From the NCBI GenBank assembly GCA_963749155.1, contig CAVVLO010000001.1:1-64000 (forward strand): 64,000 nucleotides of DNA, written 5' to 3'. Both the position numbers and the translations under genes were made by a program. The notes under the pieces were generated by a model. The model saw nothing but the letters and a program-made list of their open reading frames with translations. It was not told the DNA's origin and ran no database searches. Positions 48,865 through 58,228 of this stretch are shown here, in pieces (positions within the stretch are counted from its first letter, which is position 1; the number at the start of each line of letters is the position of its first letter). The stretch is from an uncultured Armatimonadia bacterium. Its GTDB lineage: Bacteria; Armatimonadota; Zipacnadia; CAVVLO01.

Positions 48865-50918
48865 TGGGTCGCGGGCGCCTCCTCGAGTGGGGGTTCGGCC
48901 GCGCCGACTCCTGCCGATTGCTCGTGGTAGAACATCGCCGCAGTCTCGGGCGTGATGAGGAAGCTGCCGGTATCGATATGCGGGGGCAGCGGATTCACGT
49001 CCGCCGCTTTCCAGTCGTCCACCAGTTTGACCTGGCCGTTGCGCAAGTTATACAGCAACTGCAGCGCGGTGTAGGTCATTGTATAGCTGCGCTGGGCGAC
49101 ACTGGCATCAATCACGCCCTCTTCAATCAGGCGCAGTGTGGGATCGTCGCGGTCCATCGCAACTATCTTTATCTTGCCGACTTTATTAGCTTCTTTAACC
49201 GCAGTGGCTGCCGAGACTCCCCCTGTGGCCTCCACACAGGCGAAGGCCGTCAGGTCCGGCCTTGACTGCAGGATAGCGCGCGCGACTTTTAGTCCCTCGG
49301 TGTTGGAACTCTGGTCATTGAGTTCGGCGATGACCTCGATGTCCGGCCACTTCTTGAGAGCGTCTTTATAGCCATCCACGCGCTGCATCAGGTTGTCCTG
49401 GCCTGGCACGGTGAGGATTGCGACTTTACCTTTACCGTTCAGCAGTTTGCCGAGGTGCTCACCGCCCTGGAAACCTGCCTCATAGTTGCCCGTGCCAATG
49501 AAAGAGAAACGTTTGCTGCTGGGCGCATCCGTATCCACACAGACCACGGGGATGCCTTTGGCAATGGCTTTATCGATGACGGGGGTCAGCGCATCGGAGG
49601 CCGGCACGGCGACGATGCCATCCACCCCCTCGGCGATGGCGCGCTCGATATAGTCTATCTGCTGGTTGGCGTCCACGTTGGGGGCGCCGGTGAAGAGCGC
49701 CTCGACACCGAGTTCGGCGCCCTTATCCTCAAAGCCAGCTTTGGAATCAATCCAGTAGGAGGCGTTGGTTGCGATGGCGACCATAACGTATTTCTGCTTG
49801 CGCCCTTGTTCGAGCTCTGGGCCAGCCTGCTGACCGCCACCGAGTTTAAGGACCAAAACGACCGCAAGTGCCACCACGAGCAGCACGTTAAAGATACGTT
49901 CCACTTTTTTATTCCTCGTTTTGGTGAAAAGTGAGAGCAGCCGGGGGCCAAGCGAGGCGCCCGACTGGTCTATCATCGCGGCCAGTATGAGCACAAGGCC
50001 GACGGCTATCATCTGAGCCTCGGGGGCGATGTTGATGAAGACCAGTCCTGTGGTGATGACCTGCATCAACAGCAAGCCCAGGAAGGAGCCAAGGACCGTG
50101 CCGCGCCCGCCGGAGAGGCTCGCGCCACCGACGATAACCGCGGCGATAACGCGCAACTCCGCGCCTGTCCCTTCGTTAGGGTCAATCGTGTTGCCTCGCG
50201 CGGCGATAATGACGCCAGCGAGTGCTGCCAGAAGCCCTGTGAAGGCGAAGGCAAAGGTCTTCACCTTGTCCACGGCGATGCCAGTGAGAGCGGCGGCTTC
50301 TTCGTTGCTGCCAACAAAATAGGCTTGCCGAAGGTAGCGCAGGTTGCGCAGCAACAGGTCAGCGATGACAATGGCGATGACAAGCAGCGCTATCGGCACA
50401 GGGATGCCCAGGAAAGCGCCCCAGGCCAGCTTAAGGAAGCCCTCGGGGAAGCCTGTTGGTGGATTGTTCTTCGTCACGACCAGCACGATACCGCGCAGGA
50501 TGCTCATCATACCGAGGGTGGTGATGAAGGGATTTACCTTCAGGCGGGTGATGATCAGGCCATTCAACCAACCGACAAAAAAGCCTAACAGCAGGGCCGC
50601 AAGCACAGCGAGCGCAACCGGCGTTCCGGATTTCATCAGCAGGGCGGCGGTCAGTCCACCAGCGGCCATTGTCGAGCCAACCGACAGGTCGAAACCTCCG
50701 CAGATGATGACGAAGGTCATCCCGATTAGTACCAAACCATCGGTGGCGCTGCTCTGAAGCATCGCCTTGAGCGGTTCAAGTCCGAAGAACCGGTCGTTCA
50801 TCAGGCCGAAAAGTACGTAGAAAAAGACCACCGAACCGAGTATGGCGAGTTCGCGCAGATGCACTCGTCGCTTTATCGGTTTGGGTGGAGTTGCAGGTTG
50901 CTCTGGTCGGGCTTCCAT
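48861..50918 (-). CDS. Fused sugar ABC permease (RbsC-type) + type I substrate-binding domain (RbsB-type)
   Basis: ATG 50918 after GGTGAGG; GFDLSVGS, FITTLG, VGSNEEAAALTGI, ELRVIAAVIVGGASLSGGRG; then a further TM and an SBP domain (GVDGI, GIPVVCVDTD, GTGNYEAG, RVDGY, VAMD, VAQRSY). Confidence 0.88.
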   Translation of the reverse strand: MEARPEQPATPPKPIKRRVHLRELAILGSVVFFYVLFGLMNDRFFGLEPLKAMLQSSATDGLVLIGMTFVIICGGFDLSVGSTMAAGGLTAALLMKSGTPVALAVLAALLLGFFVGWLNGLIITRLKVNPFITTLGMMSILRGIVLVVTKNNPPTGFPEGFLKLAWGAFLGIPVPIALLVIAIVIADLLLRNLRYLRQAYFVGSNEEAAALTGIAVDKVKTFAFAFTGLLAALAGVIIAARGNTIDPNEGTGAELRVIAAVIVGGASLSGGRGTVLGSFLGLLLMQVITTGLVFINIAPEAQMIAVGLVLILAAMIDQSGASLGPRLLSLFTKTRNKKVERIFNVLLVVALAVVLVLKLGGGQQAGPELEQGRKQKYVMVAIATNASYWIDSKAGFEDKGAELGVEALFTGAPNVDANQQIDYIERAIAEGVDGIVAVPASDALTPVIDKAIAKGIPVVCVDTDAPSSKRFSFIGTGNYEAGFQGGEHLGKLLNGKGKVAILTVPGQDNLMQRVDGYKDALKKWPDIEVIAELNDQSSNTEGLKVARAILQSRPDLTAFACVEATGGVSAATAVKEANKVGKIKIVAMDRDDPTLRLIEEGVIDASVAQRSYTMTYTALQLLYNLRNGQVKLVDDWKAADVNPLPPHIDTGSFLITPETAAMFYHEQSAGVGAAEPPLEEAPATQ

Positions 50919-50990
50919 TGCCTCACCGCTTGGCACAGCGAAAATTGATGAGAAGGCTTTCGCTGAGTGACAGCAGTCTCCTGCCTGTCG

Positions 50991-52982
50991 CTAGTCGCTG
51001 GGCAGTTGGGGCAATATATATGTGATATCGGTCAGGCGTTGTCTGGTGACAGGCTCAACCGCGCGCAGGAAGCACCCCGTGTGTCGAGCAGCGCCATAAG
51101 CGGCTGTGGAGTGATAGAGCAACGTCAGGCTGTTCTCTCCCTGCCTCAGCGCGCCGGTGGATCCTTCAAGCCGGTCTCCGTTTAGCCACAGAGCTTGCAC
51201 GTCTTCTGGATTCACTTCGAAATGCACCGGCTGAGGCTCTGGTGAGTTGAGGAGGGTGGAGAGCAGATAAGGAGCGGAGGTCAGTTTTGACCAGTCGCCC
51301 TGAGTACGGATGAGTTCGCAATCGAGATGCTCGTCAGGCACAGGCCCGTCGGTTGGCGCCAGGCGCCAGGTGACCTCGGCCACTTCGCCAGGCAAGCCCT
51401 CGGTCTCCACTTGAGCAATTAGCTCAGCCACTGTTGCCTCAGCCGGCAGTGGTCCAAGCAAAGCGAAATGCCCCTTCGGGAAAGCTTGATCTTCAACGAA
51501 AGGCAACTGGGTAGTGGCATAAAGCCTGCCTTGGGTGTCCATCAACTTGAAATCAAGTTGAGCCACCAGATAAGCGGCGCCATAACGATATTTGGCGTCA
51601 AGAGAGGCCTCGGTTGGACGGAAGCGTTCTGTCCAACGCTCTCCCTCTCCGAGTCGAGGCAACTTGACCAGGTGGATGCCCTCCTGCCAGGCAAGAGGCA
51701 ATCTGAAGGTAACAAGGCCGCCTTCAAGCAGCTGGCCAGTGTGGTTCTGGACCTGCAGAACCAGCTCGCCGTCTTCGAAAAACAGCAGGGCAAGCAGGCC
51801 TGGGAAGTCCGCATCCTGGCAGGCTTCGGTGAGTTGCACAGTGTTTGAGAGGTTCTTCACAACGCCGATCTTTTGAGGTGCAAGCTGACCTGGCAAAGGC
51901 GGCACGTTGATCAGCACCGAATCTGGGAAAGGTTGGCGCGAGGCTAGAGCCAGTTCTGCGTCGGGGCTGGAGAAGTCTTGCAAGGCGTTGTGTTCGCAAT
52001 GGACAGCCAGGGTTAGCGGCATATCACCATTCACGAAGACGCCAATCGGGCGTGTGAGATGCACCGTGACGGTGTTGCCGGCTCGTTCGGTGGTCAGGTG
52101 CGCGCGGCGCTGCTGATACCAGTAGGCTGCATATTCGTTCTGATTGCAGCGCCAGGCGTTCGGTATGCTGGCCAGCAGGTCAAGGCGCCGGGCAAGTTCG
52201 TCCCAATCGTAGTTCAGGAGCTTCGTGCCATACCAGGCGTGCATCGAGTTGCTTAGGGCAGGATAATCGCGCTTGAGGCTCTCATCTCCCAAAGCCCAGT
52301 TAACTGCCTGCTCGAAGACTTCGTATGACACGTTTTCAGGGGGCATGATAACGCTGCCAGCCAGTTCCGAGGGCAAAGACTGGAAGAAATTTATGAACTC
52401 GGCGACATGGATATATCCTGCCCGCTGCAACAGTCTGACCAGATCGGCCTGGACGACAAAGCCTTCGGCCTGACTGTAATAATCAACATAGGAGAAGGTA
52501 TGCGAATTCACCAGTGTATCGAGGGTGGCCTCCCACTCGATGCGCACGGCCAGTAGCTCTTCAAAGGCGCGGTTGCGGCTGACACAGGTCAGATAAGGGT
52601 GGGAGAGAGTATGCCCGCCGATGCTGTTGCCCAGCGCAAGCAGCTTGCGCGCTTCTTCAACAAAACCGGACGGGCCGGCGTAGCTCGTGGCAGGGGAGTT
52701 CAGATAATAGGTGGCTTTCAGATCACGCTCCCATTGCAACTCGGCGGCAGTGAGGCCGGTCGGCGCATTGTCGTCCCAGCGGCCTGTAACCGCGCGCTCA
52801 TACCCCTCGAAGAGAGGGCATATCTCGAAAGTCGCTTGTTGGGCGCTCTCGTCACAATCGAAGACGAAAGCAAGTTGCTGCTCATAAACAGGGGGAGGAA
52901 ACTCTTCGTGCAGGTACTCACCAGCTTGCAGCAAGTGGCTGCAACCGAGGACAAGGCAAAGGCAGGCTAGTAGCAGGCTCAA
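50991..52982 (-). CDS. Secreted polysaccharide deacetylase-like (NodB/CE4) protein with C-terminal extension
   Basis: TTG start overlapping the upstream stop; signal peptide; RWDD, ATYYLN, IGGHTLSHPYL, MHAW. Confidence 0.68.
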   Translation of the reverse strand: MSLLLACLCLVLGCSHLLQAGEYLHEEFPPPVYEQQLAFVFDCDESAQQATFEICPLFEGYERAVTGRWDDNAPTGLTAAELQWERDLKATYYLNSPATSYAGPSGFVEEARKLLALGNSIGGHTLSHPYLTCVSRNRAFEELLAVRIEWEATLDTLVNSHTFSYVDYYSQAEGFVVQADLVRLLQRAGYIHVAEFINFFQSLPSELAGSVIMPPENVSYEVFEQAVNWALGDESLKRDYPALSNSMHAWYGTKLLNYDWDELARRLDLLASIPNAWRCNQNEYAAYWYQQRRAHLTTERAGNTVTVHLTRPIGVFVNGDMPLTLAVHCEHNALQDFSSPDAELALASRQPFPDSVLINVPPLPGQLAPQKIGVVKNLSNTVQLTEACQDADFPGLLALLFFEDGELVLQVQNHTGQLLEGGLVTFRLPLAWQEGIHLVKLPRLGEGERWTERFRPTEASLDAKYRYGAAYLVAQLDFKLMDTQGRLYATTQLPFVEDQAFPKGHFALLGPLPAEATVAELIAQVETEGLPGEVAEVTWRLAPTDGPVPDEHLDCELIRTQGDWSKLTSAPYLLSTLLNSPEPQPVHFEVNPEDVQALWLNGDRLEGSTGALRQGENSLTLLYHSTAAYGAARHTGCFLRAVEPVTRQRLTDITYILPQLPSD

Positions 52983-55144
52983 GTTGCCGGTTCCTCCCAG
53001 GCGGCAGGGCGCTCGAGGCCCTCCGTCTCGAGGAGCCGCTGATACTTGACCAGGGCCTTGTTGAGGTAATCGAGCGCTTCTTGAAGCTGTGCTTCGTTTT
53101 CGAACTGGCCACGTCGCTTTACGTTTTCGATGTGGTTGGTGAGGTTGTTCACCCAGAACTCGGCTGACTCGCGTCGAAAAGCTTCTCTGCCGTCCACTCG
53201 CAAGTAGATAGCGCTTGTGTGGGCGGCATCCGGCGAGTTGAGGGCATCGAATTTCCCATCGCGGCTTGCGCGCGCGACTACCCAGAGGGACTCGGAGGGC
53301 GTCAGCTCGAAGTCCAGTTCGGCGGAATTGTCCTCGGTATTCAGCGAGGCGACCACCTGATGGTTGGCCACCACTTCAACCTGACCCAGCGGGTGACGAG
53401 ACCAGGCCTTGAGATGACCTGCAAGCTGCTGGCCAGCTTCGATATCGAGAGTTGAGCCAGGGCCCTGGCCTTCCACTGTAAGTAGCAGCAGCGGGCCGGA
53501 GGTGGTAAAGGTTCGACCGGCCTTAAGCCCGTCCAGCCAGGCGCGATAGGTGAAGTCGCCTTCCACCTGGACATAAGTCCGGACGCAGCCTGCCACGCGC
53601 GCGGGATGGTCGCTGCCGTTGCCCAGCCCAATATGGAAACCGCAATCCAGGAACCGGTAATAGTGTTCAGGCTCGAGCTGGTCGAGTCCATCGGCCAGTC
53701 CTTGAATAACGTTTACCGGCACATCGGAGGCGCCGAAAGGCCCCAGATTGTGGGCTTCGAGGCTGATACCACCTTGCCGATGGGCCTCGAGGATGGCCGT
53801 CTTGTTGAGGGGATAATCGAAGGCGTCATGCGGGCCGCCGCTGCCGGGGCCAGTCGCAATCGGCTGGACGAGGTCGGTAATCCCCAGTAGATTGATATGG
53901 CCCCAGTGATTGTCGTTGCGATATTCCTCGCCCATCCAGATGAGATAATCATCGTCTGAATGGTCTGCCACCAGTCCCATCGGGCGCTGGTCAGGTTTGG
54001 TGAAGGGGCCGCCCTGCTGGGCCGAGCGCCACTGGTAGAGGGTCAGGTTGTTGGCAACGCGCAAGTCTTCAGCCCGCTGGACCATTGCAAGCAGCGCGAG
54101 GTCTTCATTCTGGTCCCAGGCATTGATGGCCCAGTGGATATGCGTATCGCCGCTGATCCAGCCAAGGTCCTTCATGTCCAACTCGCGAGCGGAGGTCAGG
54201 GTGATAGCGCGCGTCTCGCCGGCGGCAAGGTCAGCCCCCTGGGTCACAAGCGGGTGCTCGAAACCGCGCTCCAGCGTTATCTGGGTGGGCCCGGGCGGCA
54301 CCAATACTTCAAAGTGGCCGTCACTGTAGAAGAAGGGCAGCTTGTACCAGGCGGGGCGGAACACGACGGGCTTCTCCGAGAGCGTCGAGTTGGCCTTGAA
54401 AGCCTCCCCGTGCCGTACCAGACCATCGCTCCCATAGACCCGGACGCGCCCTGGGAAGGGCTGGCCAGTTGAGGCTTCAATCAGAGTACCTGTAAGCCTG
54501 GCTGGTTCCACTACTGTAACAGGCAGTTGGAAAGCCAGGACCGGTTTGGCAGCCTCGTCCACGAACTGAATATCAAATCCGGTCAGCGCGGTGGTTTCAG
54601 CCAACATAGGCAGCAGGAACCAGCGACTTTGCCCCGCTGGGATAGCTTCGGCCGGCGCGCAGGGGGGCAGGTCAGAGCCAAGGCGAGGCGCCAGGACGAC
54701 CTCCTCGCTCGTGGTGTTGGCGACTTCCACCAGCATGACACGTGTAAGACCGCGCGCAAGCGCTACCACTTCGGGCGAAGGCAGCTCTCCACTGCCATAG
54801 GTCAGAGCCAGGGTGGGGTATTCGCCGCGCAATCGCTCGCAGAGTTGGCGAGAGGCCTTGCTCACGGCGGCGTGGTCGGCTTCGGTGGCAGGCTCGAGAC
54901 GCCAGGCTTCAGTGATCTGCCAGATGGCTTCGGCCTCGGCCATAAGTTCAGGTTGCAGGCGCGTCGGGGCGATATGGGCCAGGTCGGAGAAGAGCCTGTA
55001 GAAATGAGCGTATTCTGCTTTATCGAAACGAGCCTCAACAGGGGTCAGCCCGGCCAGATCAGCAGAGACGCCCTCGTTCGGTTGGGCCAGAGCCAGTAGA
55101 GGCAGACCCAGCACCAAGATCATTATCAGGATTATTGGGTTCAT
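52979..55144 (-). CDS. Secreted CehA/McbA-family (PHP-like) metallohydrolase
   Basis: Signal peptide; RGFEH, GWISGDTHIH, GEEYR..WGHINLLG, EAH, GSDHP, RTYV, WLDGLKAGRTFTTSGPLL, AHTSAIY. Confidence 0.78.
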   Translation of the reverse strand: MNPIILIMILVLGLPLLALAQPNEGVSADLAGLTPVEARFDKAEYAHFYRLFSDLAHIAPTRLQPELMAEAEAIWQITEAWRLEPATEADHAAVSKASRQLCERLRGEYPTLALTYGSGELPSPEVVALARGLTRVMLVEVANTTSEEVVLAPRLGSDLPPCAPAEAIPAGQSRWFLLPMLAETTALTGFDIQFVDEAAKPVLAFQLPVTVVEPARLTGTLIEASTGQPFPGRVRVYGSDGLVRHGEAFKANSTLSEKPVVFRPAWYKLPFFYSDGHFEVLVPPGPTQITLERGFEHPLVTQGADLAAGETRAITLTSARELDMKDLGWISGDTHIHWAINAWDQNEDLALLAMVQRAEDLRVANNLTLYQWRSAQQGGPFTKPDQRPMGLVADHSDDDYLIWMGEEYRNDNHWGHINLLGITDLVQPIATGPGSGGPHDAFDYPLNKTAILEAHRQGGISLEAHNLGPFGASDVPVNVIQGLADGLDQLEPEHYYRFLDCGFHIGLGNGSDHPARVAGCVRTYVQVEGDFTYRAWLDGLKAGRTFTTSGPLLLLTVEGQGPGSTLDIEAGQQLAGHLKAWSRHPLGQVEVVANHQVVASLNTEDNSAELDFELTPSESLWVVARASRDGKFDALNSPDAAHTSAIYLRVDGREAFRRESAEFWVNNLTNHIENVKRRGQFENEAQLQEALDYLNKALVKYQRLLETEGLERPAAWEEPAT

Positions 55145-55236
55145 ACTGGCAGTATATCAAAGCTTTGGCGGCAGGAAGGTCCCTGGCTTGCTCGTATATT
55201 GCCGGGTCTTTATGCCAGGGATTTCCCGGAGGGAAT

Positions 55237-56268
55237 ATGAGCAAGCTCAGAGTCGGTGTTGTAGGGATGGGCGGCATCAGCGGCGCGCATGTCCCGGTCT
55301 ATCTGAATGATCCAAGGTGCGAGCTAGTAGCAATCTGCGACAGGGACGAAAAATGGCTCGCCCACTGCAAGGACGCTTACGGAGCCAAATACGCCTTCTC
55401 CACCTGGGAAGAACTGGTCGCCTGCGATGAAGTGGACGCGCTGTCGGTCTGCCTGCCGACCATATTCCACGCGCCTGTGACAGTTGCGGCGCTCGACGCG
55501 GGCAAGCATGTGCTCTGCGAAAAACCGATGGCTCAGAATCTTGAAGCCGCCCAGGCGATGGCCGCAGCTTCAAAACGCAACGGCAAGACGCTGATGGTCA
55601 GCTACAATCAGCGGCTCGGGGGCGACATCCAGTACCTCAAACAATATGTGGACGAGGGGCATCTGGGCGAGGTCTACTTCGCTCGCACAGGTTGGCGGCG
55701 CGCAATGGGCATCCTCCCCGCGCCCAGCGTGGACAGGGCAACTGGCGCTTACAACCGCAACTGGTTCAACGAGAAGGCGATGGGCGGCGGTGTCTGCAGC
55801 GATCTCGGCTCTCATGTGCTGGACCTGGCTCTCTACCTGATGGGCTTCCCCAAGGTGAAGCAGGTCGTCGGCTGCACCTATACCAAGTTCCTGCCGCAGT
55901 TCCTCGCGGGGACGGGCCTGCCGAGTGATGCGGACGATCATTCGGTGGGATTCGTGAAGTTCGAGAATGGTGCTTCGCTGCAGTTTGAGGCCAGTTTCGG
56001 CTGCTATGTGGAGCGCGAGACCATCTTCCAGGCCCTTTACGGAGACAAGGGCGGCGCTCATCGGGAGATCGGCCAGCCGGTTAAGCTCTTCACCCAGACC
56101 TCAGGCGCCTATTCGACCGTTGTACCGAACATCTCGCTGCCCGCCCAAAGCCCTGTCGCGCACTTCGTGGATGTCATCGTGGACGGTGTCACGCCGATTA
56201 TCACACCTGAACAGGGCGTAATGGTCACCGAGATCCTCGATGGCTTCTACAAGTCGTATGCCGAGTAA
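55237..56268 (+). CDS. Gfo/Idh/MocA-family NAD(P)-dependent oxidoreductase
   Basis: ATG 55237 after GGAGGG; VGVVGMGGI, AGKHVLCEKPMA, GGGVCSDLGSHVLD. Confidence 0.92.
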   Translation: MSKLRVGVVGMGGISGAHVPVYLNDPRCELVAICDRDEKWLAHCKDAYGAKYAFSTWEELVACDEVDALSVCLPTIFHAPVTVAALDAGKHVLCEKPMAQNLEAAQAMAAASKRNGKTLMVSYNQRLGGDIQYLKQYVDEGHLGEVYFARTGWRRAMGILPAPSVDRATGAYNRNWFNEKAMGGGVCSDLGSHVLDLALYLMGFPKVKQVVGCTYTKFLPQFLAGTGLPSDADDHSVGFVKFENGASLQFEASFGCYVERETIFQALYGDKGGAHREIGQPVKLFTQTSGAYSTVVPNISLPAQSPVAHFVDVIVDGVTPIITPEQGVMVTEILDGFYKSYAE

Positions 56269-56282
56269 AGGGAGCGACCGAT

Positions 56283-58191
56283 TTGCCACGACTTTTAGTG
56301 CTGGGTCTGGGAATACTGCTGTTTATGAGCCCTGGCCTGGTATATGCGAAGAAGGAGAGTGTCATGCCGATTGTCAGCCTGCCGGTTGAGGCCGGTCCAG
56401 CGATGAGGTTCGCCGCTGGCGAACTGGTGAAGTATCTCGGCCAGATGACCGGCCAGGCGTGGGAAGCCCGGCCTGAAGCCAAGCCGACCGAGGAAGTTGC
56501 CATCCGGATCGATTATGCGCCGCAGCTTGTCGAGGATGGCTTCCACCTCTATCGCAAGGGGCGGGCTGTCTGCATCGCTGGCGGAGGCTCGCGCGGAGCG
56601 ATGTATGGCGCTTACGAACTGCTGCGCCAGCTTGGCTGTCGCTGGCCGCTGCCGGGCAAGGAGTACGAAGTCGTGCCAAAGCTTGAGGCCTTCGACTGGC
56701 AGGGGCCTGAGCTTGTCAGTCAGCCTGCGATGCGTCGGCGAGGGATGGCTTTCATCCTCTGGCAGTGGCAGCCGCAGGTCGTCGAGTGGATAGACTACCT
56801 CGCCAAGAACGGTTTCAATTTCCTTTTCTATATGGGGATGTGGCAGGCGCCCTTTACCGAGGCAATCAACGAGCGCGAGCTGGGCTTCGAGTATGGTCAG
56901 CACATCCTGCGCAATCTGCTGCCAGCCGACCTGTTCGAGGCGCATCCAGAGTATTTCCGCTTCGATGGCGAGAAGCGCAATCCGGACTGGAATCTCTGCA
57001 CCTCCAGTGATGAGGCGCTTTCGGTGATGGGGCAGAACGCTCAGAGGATGCTTGGCGACCTTTCGGTCTTCGACAGGCTGGAGACGCTGCACACCTGGGC
57101 TGACGACCTGGTAGGCGAGGGCTGGTGCAAGTGCCCGGAGTGCGCAGGCTTCTCTGAGACAGACCAGACCGTGCGGATGATGAACGGCATCGCCAGGCAC
57201 GCTGACCTGGGCGCCACCAAGCTCGGTTTCTGCGCCTACCACGCCTCCATCTATGCGCCTGAGCAGGTGCAGGCAGCCGAGGCAGTACGATTGATGTACG
57301 CCCCGCGCGAGCGTTGTTATCTCCATCCGCTAGGTGGTTGCGAGGCCAACAAGCGTTATCTGGACTATATGCGCGCGTTGGTGAAGGCCGTGCCCGCCGA
57401 GCCTGAGGTGTTCGAGTATTACAACGACTGCATCCTGCTGCGCCATATGGGGATGCCCCTCTACCCGACCATCGGCAAGGATGTCGAGGTGTACCTGGCG
57501 GAGGGGATGGACGGCGTGATGTCGCTCTTCTTCCAGGACTTCAGCGACTGGGCCTACGGTATCAACACCTACACGCTGGGCAAGGCGCTGTGGCGCGGGA
57601 AGGGCGAGGACGGGGACGCGGTGGAGTTCTGCGCAGGCTGTCTACGGGCCGGCTGCGCCGGCGATGAAGTCCTTCTCCGATCGACTGTTCGAGCTGACGG
57701 CGACTTCGATGGCGACCTGCGGCTACTATGACTTCGTGGACCTGCGCTTCCCGCCAAGGGATGCCTGGTCGGCCGAGCATCTGGCGCTGCTTGCGCCGCT
57801 GACCACGCCAGAGAAGCTTGGCGAGATGGACGCGCTGCTCGAGGAGGCCGAACGGCTGACCGAAAAGGGGCGCTGGGCTCAGAACGTAGCTGATCAGGCG
57901 CTGCTGTGGCAGTTCACGCGGCACGAAGTGCTGACCATCCAGCAGGAGCTTGAGTTCGATCCGCTGTGGTCGAAGGTGCTGGATGGCAAGGCAACACCCG
58001 AGGAAGCGCGAAAACTCGCCGACGCGCTGGACGACAACCTGCGGCGGCTGGATGTCGGGACGGAAATCCTGATGAGCGCGCCTGAGCGATTGCGCAGTCC
58101 TGCGGGACGGCAGGCCAGCTTCGGCGAGCGAGATGGCTTCTTCCAGGGCCACAGGCGCAACGTGCGCGACCTCGCCCGCAGCCAGCAGTAG
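56283..58191 (+). CDS. Secreted DUF4838-type protein with alpha-glucuronidase-like N-terminal domain; frameshift at ~57637
   Basis: Signal peptide; FAAGELVKYL.QMTG, RGAMYGAYELL.QLGCRW, LFEAHPEYF, LCTSS, DD..GWCKCPEC, AYH; continues as YGPAAPAMK in ORF 57664..58191. Confidence 0.7.
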
Positions 58192-58228
58192 CTGCCAGGC
58201 AACAAAGAAGGTCCAGGGGCGCCGGGGC

